From Azolla caroliniana (taxonomy: Eukaryota > Plantae > Polypodiophyta): a stretch of DNA of 64,000 bases. The position numbers were made by a program, and so were the translations under genes. Shown here piece by piece: positions 47,166 to 60,077 of this stretch. The stretch's first letter is position 1; every line of letters starts with the position of its first letter. Where the stretch lies: NCBI GenBank assembly GCA_043228905.1, contig JBHGNT010000006.1:5766001-5830000 (forward strand). The letters run 5' to 3'. A model generated the notes under the pieces. The model saw nothing but the letters and a program-made list of their open reading frames with translations. It was not told where the DNA came from and ran no database searches.

Positions 47166-50100
47166 TCATTCTTTGTCCATCCTGATAGCATTGGTCGATG
47201 ACACATCAGGAAGAAGTTGTCGGGATGTAACCACCTCCGGAGGCACATTATCTTGCACTAGCCCCAAAACGGCAAGTATGGACCTGATAACAGTAAAAAC
47301 CCATGGAAAATGATACGTCTAATACTTCAGAAAGCGGTCCAGGTGCCCATCTACCATCTAATAACTAAGCTACCATTATTAGTGCCTGAAAAAGTGCCTA
47401 GATACCCATGGTTAAACTTAAAGTTCAGGTTCAAATGGCAAACAATAACATTTTGGGCATCTGAGCCCCAAGACCAAAAAGACAAACATTATGAAGCAGA
47501 AGCTAATTTCCAGTGCATCAATTCATCCGTAGATATACCTTGGCAAAGTGTTCCGCACACTTGGTTTATTAGCATGTGCTGCTAATGGAGCTCGTAGATT
47601 AGGATGCCTAATTAAAGCTTTCTCCAACTGCTGAGCTGGAAGCTGTTTAAAACAATCATTTGAATCAGGTTGCATTCCATTCTCATGTAATAAAAAGTTG
47701 ATCACATTGCATAACATACCTGTAACAGAACATGAAACGAATGTGGTTGGGTTTGGTCAGCACACTTCAGGAACCCAATCCACAGATTTGGCCATTTCCA
47801 TATCTGCAATGACAATAATTATACTCCATGTATTGCAACAAAAAAGAACGAATACATCCACACGCATCACAGCAAACAGGGACAATTACATTTACATATA
47901 CCATTTATATTGCAATAAATCAGAACAAACACATCCAGGAAGGTAACAAAATGGTTGCCAAGCTCCGGCATCCACATGCATCACAGCAAACAAGGAGAAA
48001 TACATTTACATATACCACTTGTATTGCAGCAAATAGGAACAAATATATCCAGGAAGTTTCACAAAATGGCTGCCATGCTCCAGCATCCACATGCATCAAA
48101 ACAATCAGGGACAAATACATTTGCATATGCCACTTACATTGCAGCAAATAGGAACAAAATACTCAGGAAGGTTGACAAAATGGCTGCCACACTCCACATG
48201 CAGCATAAGAAACAGGGACAAATACATTTACATATACCACTTGCATTACAGAAAATCGGAACAAATATATCCAGGATGGTTAAGAAAATCGCTGCCATGC
48301 TCCTGGATCCACATCATCACAGCAAACAGGAACAAATACATTTACATATTCGACTTGCATTACAGCAAAAAGGAACAAATACGTTCAGGAAGGTTACAAA
48401 ATGGCTGTCACACTCCAGCATTCTCTTCCCCCATTTAGAGTAAGTAAATGGAAACAACTTCTCTTTCCATGGTTCTCATGTCACGAGATATCATTGAAAC
48501 AACGGGTGATTCAAAAGTTTCATGCTTGTTATTACTTTCTCCTTAATTGCACTCTTAAATGAGGGTTTTATTTTCCGCTTGATGAATGTCAAGGAAGAGA
48601 TGAAAAAAACATAGTAACAAAATTGTCTTTTATAGGTGTTCTACGCCTCTTGTTCAGCCATACATAGTAATCATGCCATACATACTTAGTTCTTATGCCA
48701 TGCACGTTTAAATAAAGCAAACAGTGGTATAAATGGGTTTATTATAAAACTATGTTGCATTTTCAATGGTTCCTTTAAATGTGGATTTTGCTCAACACAT
48801 GTTCAGAAGATTAAGAGATGGGCTAAAAAATAACAGGAAATTTGTCATCTCTTTATAGTTCTCGTGCCAAAGACTTCCCATTAAGCACAATTCAAATGGG
48901 TTAGCATAAAGAATGAGTTGTTCCTTTACTATCCCTTAAATGTGAAAAGGGTCGTACCTGCTTGGTTATAAGACGAGAAAGAATCTCCATGACAAAGCTA
49001 ACCTGCAATAAGGAAGACAGTAAGGAGCAATAGGACAAACCAAGTTCAATTTCTGTTCCAATAACTATAGAAATTCAATAAATACCAATGACCGAAATGA
49101 TCCAACTGCCAGAATTACAGTCCGCATGAAGAGCATTGGAACTGGAGTCTGTTCCACCTGCAAGAAAGACAAGTATTTTCAAAATGAGAGAAATATTTTT
49201 CAAACTCATCAATAGCGTTCAGTTAAAGAATTAGATATGATACTGGATGTTAATGCCTTAATTTTCTATCTTCAACTTACAAGTTGGTTGAGAACTTTAG
49301 CTAAGACTTGTTGTGTGAAGACTGTTCGCTGTTGGAAACAAACTGCACAAGCTTCTTTCACCTGGAAAAGAAACCACTTATATATAAGTTGACATAGCCA
49401 GTGTAAAATAATGGAGAAAACTTATCAGCAGCATCCTGACACAGCAAACCTGCTTCAACTTATCTAGCCACTCAGAAAATGATGATCTCTATGCCAGTAA
49501 CCTCTCTGTTTTATGTATCTTCCATACTCCACAGAGCATATTAAACTTTGGGATTTCAACTTACCGTAAAGCACTAAGTATACGTGATTACATTCTTGAT
49601 GGCATTCTACATTAGCTTTTTATATCCATAATGACTATAGCTGTGACCAATGAGGCAGAACCAATACAGTTAGGTATGCTCCTTTTCATCAAATCAACTT
49701 ACTCATTGTGTTGGACCTCAAAGGGGTATTACGAAGTATTGCTTAGAAACATTGATGACAGCCTCTCCTTTTATTGGTTGTACAAGTGTGGCCCAAATTT
49801 TATGGATGCTGCAGTGCAGAGTTTGCATATGATGTATTTAAAAATGAAGTGAAATTTCGGTGAATCTCAGGTGGTTGCATAGGAAGCTCTTTCAATATCC
49901 TTTTGCCATTTCTGTTCATTGCCTTCTAGGAGAAGGCAGAATACCTTCCATAACCACATTCACTATGACCCAACAACACATTTCTTGCAGCAATCAGCAA
50001 TGGCTCTTAAGAGACACATTGTAATTACAGTATATCTAGAGATTAATTTCTACATCAGCCATTTCTAACCATTTCTACCTAGACCTGCTTTTTCTGAGAA

Positions 50101-53100
50101 ATAAAACAGAATTTAGGACAACGGGAAGTTAACAACAGCACTTTGATTTGCAGCAAGCAACATAGATAAAGGTGTGGAAGTTGCTTTGAATCAGTACTGC
50201 TTTCATTAAGGCGAGGACCTATAACTCTCTGAATACAAAAACCATTAGAAAGAAGCAGAATTATTACAATAATCATGTTATTGCCGAGGACCGTCCCAAT
50301 CTAGCAAGAAACAAACCAGAAAACTTCTAATCCAAGTATTCATTTAACAATTTAACATTTCATTCATTCATTATAAGCCAATGACAGACGATCAGAATCC
50401 ACACTTTGCACTGCTATATGATATCATCAACACTAAAAGTAAAAAATTATTAAAAATGATAAAATACAATGTCAGTGTCAGTGTCGGTAGAATGGAATTC
50501 TTTCGAAAAGGGGGAATGCTTTGTAAATGAAAATTTACAAGTAGCTTGAGGAATGGGATGTTAGAAAGGAACAATGTCCATGGATGCTGCGAGCCTTTGC
50601 ACTTAAAGAATATTATAAAAAAAGATTGAGGCTCCCAGCCAAGTTTATTACAGATGAAAACTGAGATATTGCTCCAATGAACAAAATGAGACTGTAATGG
50701 CAGCCAATGAGTAAACCCTACAGCTTTTATTATAGGCTTTTCTGGAGACGAGATAAAAAATTTTAAATCAGTTATCGTAGATAAAACTACCATGGGCAGA
50801 GGAATATGGTCTCTTTCTGGATCAATCCCATGAATTGCAATAAGGACCTCTGCTGGTGTCAAGGCAGGACCTGTGTGTACCGAACCCTGCATAATCATTA
50901 AGAAGAATATGAGATATTTACAATTGAGGGAAAACAATAATGCAGGTTTCATGGAATACCTGAAGAATACGATCCAACGCAGCCTTAAAATCTTCAGATG
51001 GAAGAGCAACAAGTTGTGGAAAAATAGGCAGAACCTTCATGCACAACATAAAAATGACTTGCATATCTCAGGAACAGTGACATTGAACAAATGAAGTTAT
51101 TTGTAATATATCCTTAATATATACCTCTTCTTTTGATAAGGATGACAAAATTGGAGTCAAAAGCCTTGCATCCTGTTGTTGATCAAGTAACCAGATTATG
51201 ATTACATTAGATGGATTAGAGTTATACTAATATACTTTCCAATCAGAAATTACCTTTAGTTTGGTCTCATATAGCCGCTTAACCACAGCAATTAATTCAG
51301 ATGATGGTGGAGCTGATTCAGTCAATAAATGCAAAACCTAGCACACAAAATCCTACACACATCAGTCTTGAAAAAGGGCATGAAGCCATGCAAATTCATT
51401 GTACCATGCATCAACAAGTGAAGAGCAATCAATGTGACTAATTGGTCGCGAAAATGCTTGTTGAAAACCTATTTTTACCCTACATGCATACAAGGTAAAA
51501 ACGGATAATCACATAATGATCATCTTTATCATTCTTAGGACGTCATGCATCCACTGTACTGCCATTATTATACACAGAAAAGAAGAGATGAAGTGATATA
51601 AACCAGAAGTAGCAAGTTTTTGCTGCCTGTAGGAGGATCTGATATCAACTGCAAGAGCTCTGGCGATGAGGGACCTATAGTTCGTACAAGAACCGGCATA
51701 TTCCTGTGAGTTGCCTGCACAAACATACGAATTTAATACCATCACAAACAACTCGAAATAACAAGTTTCTTCCAAACAAAATGTGTCTTCCTCACATGTG
51801 GGATTTGATATACTTCCACGCAACACCTTGTACCTTTTAGGATTAGACAGAAAAGCTTCACAGTACAAGAAATTTTTTAACTACGTGGAGACAGCAGAAC
51901 AGAACATACCTGCTTCACTGCTTTAGGTGCAGATTCATAAATACTAAAGATTAAACGAAGAAGAGTAACTCTCTGTGTACACAACAAACAAGGACTGTCA
52001 GATTGAATTCAAGTGCAATTTTTTGCTATTAAAGTTTATTCACATATGCAAATTACCTTGGTACAAAGGGCGAAATATAAAGACATGCACCGTTGTGCCT
52101 CTTGTAGTGACACAGGCGTCCTTGCTTTCTGTTTATCTTCTTCCCCATCAGATCGAGTTTCAGCAGCCATATCAACAAAAACATCCTGTTCCTTTTTAAC
52201 CTGAAGATAATTCAAGGTCTTTAAAAACTTCTTAATATATAGTCACTGCAGATAAGCAAAACCAAAGAAAGGCTTCATATCAATCTAATTCATTGTTGAC
52301 ATGTGGTAAACATAATGACATTGACAGGATCTGCCATAGCACTGGTACATTAACAATCATTGTTCAATCATGATATTAACAAATGAGCCAACATTATGAC
52401 AAGTCATAGTATGCATGGATATATAGCAAAAGGTGCTTATTTCTAGGCACAGACTACTATGCAAAGCTGCACACAACCTTTAGGCAATGATTTTTTCTAA
52501 TATAGGAATCGAAGCAAGCATAGCACAGTACCCCAATTTGTTAACTAAACTTTTAACAATACTTGGATTTAATGATGAAGAGATAGCATAGGTTTTATAC
52601 CCAAAATAATGGTCAACTGTTATTATAAATATGAGTTTGGATTTACATGTTTTCTTTCCTTCCTTTTGGAATCCCTTTTTACTGTCCAAAGCATAGAGCT
52701 CACATATAAGATTTAAATGTGATTACTTTTCCATTTTCTTCTGCAATAGTTCATATTTGTTTGGGTATCTAAAAAAACTATTTATAATTTAAACATGGAT
52801 TATGCAGTAAATATTTTAGAAGCAAGACGTAAACCTGTAATATTGAGGATCCAACCAATTCTGGTCAACATGATCAGACAAATAACTGTCCTGACAATAT
52901 TGTATCTTAGTGAAACAAAGAGATTACCATATCCATGCATGATGCAAATAAGAAATTTTCCAAAAGCCACGATAACAAACCTGTTCAGTAGGCTGGTTGT
53001 CTAATAATGCATCATCACACCCTGAAGTTTTTGCAGCACCTTGCTTCAAGTTTAGTTCCCTTCCCACAGCTGAATGTAGCATGCCGGTTGCAAAATCTTC

Positions 53101-56100
53101 TATTCTTTGAGCAATATAGTGGAGAGCATAAAGTTTGTTTGCAACCTGTCATTTAGACACCAGAGACTATGATATATTTCATGAGGAACCAAAGATTTTC
53201 ATCTTCAATCTAAAAACCAACACAAATAAGAGATACGAGTTGAAATACCAGACGTATAGCCTTTGTCCGCACTTCATCAAATTCATGCACTGCACACTGA
53301 AAATAATGTGACGGAAAATCAATCAGTGAATTCAGGGGCAATATAGGTGAAGAGTTAGCTTTAATTCAGGAACACATCCAATGTAAAAGGCAACAACCTT
53401 CAGTGCAATCTCTAAGCACTTTGAACGCATTGGAGGCCGTAGCAAGATCAGAACCCAAACAGCACTTAAACCTTGAGTTATTCGATCACCATTTGGAGGC
53501 TGAAGACTCTCCTTAGCTGGGATACACAGTGATTCCAACAGTTTCAGAGCTCTGTCAGGAAGAACAGGCGCCTCTCCAAGCAATTTGCTTAGCGACTTGT
53601 CTGTAGGTGGAAGTGTATCCCGTAGTCCCTCCGCCTGCAAAGATATTCTTAACAATGTCAGGTTAAATGAAATACAGCTTCCTGTCTGTACCTAAATTGG
53701 AGAATTTCACCTGACCCTGAAAATTTGTGGAGAATAAGAATATTTATAAACCTAAACTTGCATTCAGTGGACACAAGCTTATAATGCAGTTTTCTCTATA
53801 GACTCACCACAGCAATGAAGAAGAATTCATAATCTATTGAGGCGATTGTTCCTAAATCACCCTCATCTGTACAAGACGCCTTCTCAGCACATAATTGGTA
53901 AAGTATGTGCATTGAAAGTTCATGACCCTTCAAAATATAAAAAGAATGATGTAAAGTACAGGGATTGAAAGTTTGTGTCCCTTCAAAATATAAATTGAGG
54001 TACGAATAGTTTCTGCAATACCTTATTGTTCACATAGTCCGACAGTATGTATTTCAGTAGAATACTCGCAGCTTCCTCATTCCCATCTGTCTGGAATTGG
54101 ACAAGTAAAAAGTTGTCATGGAAAAGAGAATCATTGCAAACTAATCAACATAAAGCCGCAAGGATGTACTAGCCTGGGAAACTAATCGTGCCACCAGACT
54201 GAAGCATAAATGACTGCTGGTGGCAGATCCAGCCACCTTATAGCTTTCCAAAATACGTAGCATGATCATCTTCCATAATTCTGATTGTTGAGCATCAGGA
54301 ATATGCACTGACGGCGTTACTTGCACACTGGCTCTCAATGCCATTTCTGAATCTTCAGGTTCTATGATATCTGTTAATCCAGTTGTATTTGCTTCACCAA
54401 CTCCAGGGGATAAGTCAATCCCATTTTCTTCAATGTCCATAGGCTCAAGCAGCAGTGTATTGTCTTCTGTGTCTAGAGGACTGGGAGGTGTTGAAGGTTT
54501 TACAATAGTTTCCAATGATATGGCCAGACAACTTTGCTTTGGTTGTGAAGAATCTACATCTGGAATGATGGCATCAAGCAAGGAATCATCAGATGTACTT
54601 TCTAGACTTGTTTTGGCTTCATGAATGCTTGGAGGGGAATTTATCTCCTCAGGAATAGAAGATGCTACGGCATTTTCCTCTTTTATGTCCCCAATTATCG
54701 AAATGCTACCAGGACTACTACATGGTTCAACTGCCGCTACACTTGTAGGACTTGGCACATCTGCTTCTTGTTCCTCACTCTTCACTGCAATGCTTACTGA
54801 AGGCTGAGATACAGCAACTGATACAGCTACACGACGGGGGTCCAGCCGGCGTGGATCCTGAGAAAATGAAGTAGCAAGATCAAAGTAAATCTTATGCCTT
54901 CACAATCAAAGATGTGATTACCAACCACAGATAGGAGACGAATCACCACATTCTATTTTATATACAAAACATAATACATAATCATCATTGGTATACTATA
55001 AAAACCTATAAGATTACAAATAACCATCCATGCAATCGACGATAAATTTGAAATACACCATGCCAATAATGATTTACAAATAATCAGCTTTAGATTATAA
55101 ACACAAATGCAAGTTCTTGTTAAAGTTTAAAGCCAATTGAAATTTTACTTTTGAAGCCAATTAATTAGCATTCTCAATCAACTAGAGCATTGTCCTTACT
55201 CTGCGTGGATCACGGCGATGATCAACAGATGAAGGAAGTTCTGATGCAGGTGTTGATTGTATAGTTAGTCCCTGTGGCATTTCAGATCCAACTGTGCTTG
55301 ATTGCACCCCAGTGATGCCAGAGGGTAGAGCAGGTGCTGTTGATGGTAGATTTTTCATGTTCTCTATTACCACATCCGCAAGCATGTCAGGTGGGAGGCT
55401 TGTGATCAGCAGCTCAATTGAAGCTGCTGCCCTTTCACCTTTTGCAACCAACGCTCCAATTATATCAATCATTTGCTGCAATTGTGACACCTCATTATGA
55501 AGGGTTGATTCTGTATTGACACCTTGACCATTAGCCCCACTGGTTTGCCTATCTGCTGAGCCTTCCATCATAGTATTTGATGTGGGTCTTATGCGTTTTC
55601 CTGAGTTTTCCAAGTCATTTGATACACACCCATTCTCTTGCAAAGGTCTCTTGTGGTCCAATGGTTGTAAACTCTCATCCTTACATTTCATGATAAGGAG
55701 AATCAATGGGCTGGCAATTCATTATGAGGTTCACAAAGTACAAGATATAATGTATGCATCGATCAAATGAACACAAAGAGTGTTAACCTTTGGTAGACGT
55801 GCCTCACGAAAAGCTCGCTCCTTTTCTGCATTTCGAAGGATTCTGTCAGTCTGTCGAACAGCTGCTTCAGCAGCATCCCCAGCATTCATTGCTTTAAGAG
55901 CTGACTTCAACTGCTCTCTCCACTGCCAGTCAATATCACACTTTTAGTCAAATCTGCTAATTTTCAACTAAAACATACAGAACAAGAAAATGACAGATTG
56001 ACAGATCAATAACTAGCAATATCTATAAAAGCATTTCAGAGGGAGACTTTATCATTGCTGAACTACCATTTCCTTTTCACAAAAGCTAACTCTATTTCAA

Positions 56101-58266
56101 CCCAGAGAAGCTTAAATCTGGTAGAATTAAGCACAATTGTTTTCAACTAAGGCCTAAAATCATTTTCATAACAAGAACCAGCAACCAGTAAAAGAAAACA
56201 TGGAGGTGGCACTTACAAGTCCAACACCAGAATGTGTACATTTGAGGAGATTAAGAAGTGCATTTTTTACTGCATGAATGACACTCGCCCTTTGAGGCCC
56301 TTTCATCTCTTCACAGATTGGGCCAAGCCCGATCAAGGCAGGCAGAATTCTCCCATAAGTTGCATACCTCCGCTTTGCAATGGAAGCCAAACTGAACGGA
56401 AAATCTAGAATCAGAATTGAAAATGACAACGTCCCAAAATATGCCATGTTCTCCTTATCATCAATCCAAAAGAAAACCAACCTGTTTACAAGCACAATGG
56501 CAACAGGACCAGGTAGCTTTAGAAAATGTTGTGCTTGAAGTTGATCAAGAAGGTGTGCAAGGTTTCCATCAGCTTCCCGTCCCAATTGTTCAGCATCAAG
56601 AATAGGGTGTCCACCCACCAGCCAAGAAATATTAAAGATGTGACCTATCAAAATCCATTCTTTCAGATCCAGTATTAAAATAGTCATGAATTATACAGCA
56701 TTTTGATTTTTTTATATGTGATGTATTCTTATTACTTACCATCCCAATTCTGTTGTGTAGGAGGTTGTGATGCCCCATTTGGATCTGCTGTGAAGAGGAG
56801 AATTGTCATTTCTAAGAATTTAATTGTTAATAGCTGCAAGCCATCACTCTTACTCTGGATCTGCATTCAGGGGAAGACATAGACAATACGCAACATTCAG
56901 AAGATTAAACAAGAATTTCATTCAGAATCTTATGGATAGTGGAGAATTGACTTTTTTACCTCTCTTGCCATGCCATATATAGCATCCTTGAGTGTGATTA
57001 GAGAATGCCAAGATTCCTCAAGAAATTTGCCAACACATCCACCATAGATGCCCTTATCACATTATTCCAAAAGGTGAGAAGGATTAAATGAAGTTAACGA
57101 CAGTCTGAGTTAAGTTTCAACACAATTCACATACCTGCTTAGCCACCTCTAAAAATGTGTTCCCAAATAGATTAGAACTAGCTGAGATGGCATGTCGTAC
57201 GACTGTTGGGGAGTGATCTGATAAAAGTGTGAGAAGAACAGGAACCATTGCTGCATTGCGTTCTAAGTGCTTTAATCCAATTTCTTCGATAACCCTATAG
57301 AGTATGGAATAGGAGTGTTAACAAATACTATGTATCAGTGGCCTTGAAGGCCAGCTTTATAAAAGATACAATTGATATAAGACATGTATCTGTCTATATA
57401 CACTTGTGCATGATAAGAAAAATGTTAAACTTCGGTCGCGAATGCCTCCTAATTGGAAAGGGGTCTTTTAATGTCTAGATCAAGCTTCGCCTTAAATTTC
57501 GAGATAAAATAGTGAAACCCGAGATAAATACTAGTTCACTATTGGAACCTCAGCCATTGGTCATCTAGCATTAGAATCAAAAAACTGAAAAGTGAGATTA
57601 ACACTAGAGATCTTCTTCATTATCGAAGACTTGGAAAACAATCTTCCAAGAATAGACTACTTTCAAAATGCAGGGAGAGAGAGAGAGAGAGAGATTTTAA
57701 GATATTAAATGGTCAAGGTAGCTTTTAATTGTATCGGCAGTATCATTCTTCAAATTTAAGATATATATATGTGCACACACACATATATATACATCGGTGT
57801 GTATCATTTGCGTGTACATGGTAGTAGGAGTCAAAAAGCAATCAATAGATGTAGAATCATTAGAGAAAAAAACTACATTTAAGTTGAGTGAGCCTGCTAG
57901 TATTAGAGGCACCTTTACATGTGTGAAAAGATAAATCACTATACTTCTGTTGAGTCTACCAGGACACTTACTGGGAAACTCTACAGACTATATTCATCAT
58001 ATAGAAAATCAATCAAAGCAATCAAGAGATAGATAAGACACTTACTGGGAAAGGTAGCTTTTAATAGGAACAGCATCATCATTCTTCAAATCCATGAGCA
58101 AAGGAACAAATTCGTGTAGGAGAGACAATGCATCTTTATTCATGACCATCTCTTTCAAGCTTTTCAGTATGTCTATTTTCGCAGACACATCTGTTTGAAG
58201 CTTCAAATCGTTGAATATGGCCATAGCTTGGTCTCTTAGAGAACCCATAACGCCCACCATTTCCAT
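47166..58266 (-). CDS. Symplekin (pre-mRNA 3'-processing scaffold), full-length two-domain form
   Basis: About 26 exons. First exon 58266-58046 (MEMVGVMG...). N-terminal domain peptides KFLEMTILLFTADP and NISWLVGGHPILD, then LMADVVIENM-like LADVVIENM, DHRRDPRRDPRRLDPRR and LGEAPVLP..GDRITQGLSAVWVLIL. C-terminal domain peptides ALTPAEVLIAIHGIDPERD, FQQRTVFTQQVLAKVLNQL, LFMRTVI and QIWKWPNLWIGFLKCA. Last exon 47283-47166. Confidence 0.93.
47830..48422. repeat. Intronic tandem repeat, ~5 copies of ~113 bp
   Basis: Units start at ~47855, 47969, 48084, 48191 and 48306. Consensus catccacatgcatcacagcaaacagggacaaatacatttacatataccacttgtattgcagcaaataggaacaaatatatccaggaaggttacaaaatggctgccatgctccag. Lies inside symplekin intron 47804-48957. 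Confidence 0.92.
57700..57757 (-). pseudogene. Partial duplicate of symplekin coding exon 1 inside intron 1
   Basis: Encodes LKNDTADTIKSYL, versus LKNDDAVPIKSYL in the real exon (58052-58091). The donor-site 16-mer gacacttactgggaaa is also duplicated at 57963-57978. Confidence 0.7.
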
Positions 58267-58534
58267 GCTAAAACAAAGAAAAAAAAAATTCTACTACTTA
58301 AAAAACAAGTTGTATTCATATTCCATATCGTCTTCTACAAACTAAGTTTCATTGATATCCTCGACACTATTACAGAAAACAACAAAAGACAAAATCAGAA
58401 TTACACTATTTTTCAAATACATATTAAAAATAATTACCACAGTTTTTTAACCTTTTCTGCAGCTAGTTGAGAGGGAACGAGCCCAAATGAAAACCTGTCT
58501 CAGAAACCATGGAAACTAGCTTCAGAGTTCGTAT

Positions 58535-58805
58535 AGAACCCTAATAAGACGAATCCATGAAAGCACTCAATCGAAGTAACCACGAAACTCTGTTTCAAAA
58601 TCCTAATCTGAAGGAAGATTAGCGACCGGTTTAGGCTTTTCTCTGTGCTTGCCCTGAGCTCATGGAAACCCCCTAATTCAAAAGACCCCGGAACCCCTAA
58701 TTCCGAGGAACCCACGAGAGTTGCCCTGAAGGAAGCATGAAAGCGCTCCTGCAAAACCCTAATCTGAAAGGAGAGTAGCGTAGGTCGTTTTTTTTAGGGT
58801 TTTCT
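58535..58805 (-). promoter_or_regulatory. Telo-box-like motif cluster in the symplekin 5' leader
   Basis: aaccctaat (~58538), aaaccctaat (~58755), ttagggttt (~58794), plus the variants aaatcctaat and aacccctaat. Confidence 0.45.
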
Positions 58806-59009
58806 TTTGATCTCTGTATGAGTTTAGAAACGCTATCGCCAAAAGAGAAATTGAGCTCTGAGGAGGGAAAGAAAAATCTTCCGTCTTTTCTTTTGGCTCT
58901 GTAAGCATACAGAGATACAACAATACATATATGTATATGTATGTTATTATTTCATATAGATTATAATGTGAGTTTTTGCATCAAGTAGACGGTAAACCAT
59001 GCATTCCAT

Positions 59010-59470
59010 GAAACTTAAAGAGGGTGGGTTCTGAGCCTCGGATATCTATCTATCTATCTATACCAAAGAGGGAGATATCCATCTATCTATACCAAAGAGG
59101 GTGGGCTCTGAGCCTCGAAAATCTATCTATCTGTACCAGAGTCCTAACTTCTCGGTACAAGCTCAGCCAGCCATGCATGCATTGAGAGGATCGGAAGCCT
59201 TGAGAGAGTAGAAGAGGAAGAGTTTTATGAGCCTAAACTTAAAGAGGGTGGGTTCTGAGCCTCGGATATCTATCTATCTATACCAAAGAGGGTGGGCTCT
59301 GAGCCTCAGATATCTATCTATCTATACCAAAGAGGGTGGGCTCTGCGCCTCAGAAATCTATCTATCTGTACTAGAGTCCTAACTTCTCGGTACAAGCTCC
59401 GGCAGCCATGCATGCATTGAGAGGATCGGAAGCCTTGAGAGAGTAGAAGAGGAAGAGTTTTATGAGGCTA
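59010..59470. repeat. Hierarchical tandem repeat: 2 x ~230 bp units built from ~41 bp subunits
   Basis: Unit aaacttaaagagggtgggttctgagcctcgg...gagaggatcggaagccttgagagagtagaagaggaagagttttatgag at ~59010-59235 and ~59236-59470. Internal subunit aaagagggtggg(c/t)tctgagcctc..(tatc)n tatacc. Confidence 0.93.
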
Positions 59471-59639
59471 CCTAGGTGGGCCTACACAAATGTGGGGATG
59501 GGCGCAAGGTTTGAACGGAGTGACAATGGAGGTGAATAATACCTCGTATAAGGTAGGTCGATAAAAGATTTAGAGAGTCCAAATATCAAGGGAGGCTAAG
59601 TGCTCTAAGTAATTAGGGAGGCAAAAATCTCATATTGTA

Positions 59640-60072
59640 GTGAAGGGGTGGTTTGGATGCTTGTTTTGTAGCTCATCATACACACCCGTACCATTGAATG
59701 GAGCTCTTGGTCCGAAACTCAGTGGGTTATTGTTGACACTTTTCTTCGGGATTTGTTGTAGTGTCTTGTACGATCACTCAACCAAATCATTGGCTTGTGG
59801 TAATAGTATGTTGTGATGCACTTGTGGACCATGCCATATTGGTGGGTGAGGTCCTAAATGGCCTAATGTCTTAAAGGCTTCCTTGGTCATTGACTAGTTT
59901 GATCATACAATTAAACTGACATCTATATGTTCACATGGAGGCACCCATTGGCGATACCATGTTATCTAAGAACACTTTTACCTCCACTCACTTAGTATAA
60001 TAGTTGGTTGTTGTTAGGATGTGGTGATTGTCAATGTAGGTCATAGTACTTAGGAGTGAAGGGACCGACAAT
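59640..60072 (-). mobile_element. Ty3/gypsy integrase core remnant
   Basis: Minus-strand translation across stops and frameshifts: IVGPF...HILTTTNYYTK*VEVKVFLDN...CQFNCMIKLVNDQGS...VHKCITTYY/PQANDLVE..KTLQQI.KK...DQELHS....SYKTSIQTTP. This aligns with the rve core DYxTKWVEA...LVSDQG...YYPQANG.AE...AYRTSYK. Confidence 0.85.
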
Positions 60073-60077
60073 CCACC

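Noticed and set aside
47828-48443. Overlapping 107-162 aa + strand ORFs with repeated peptides
   Set aside because: By-products of an intronic tandem repeat whose unit length does not preserve frame.
59010-59470. CRISPR-like repeat array
   Set aside because: No unique spacers and no cas genes; eukaryotic context; simple nested tandem duplication.
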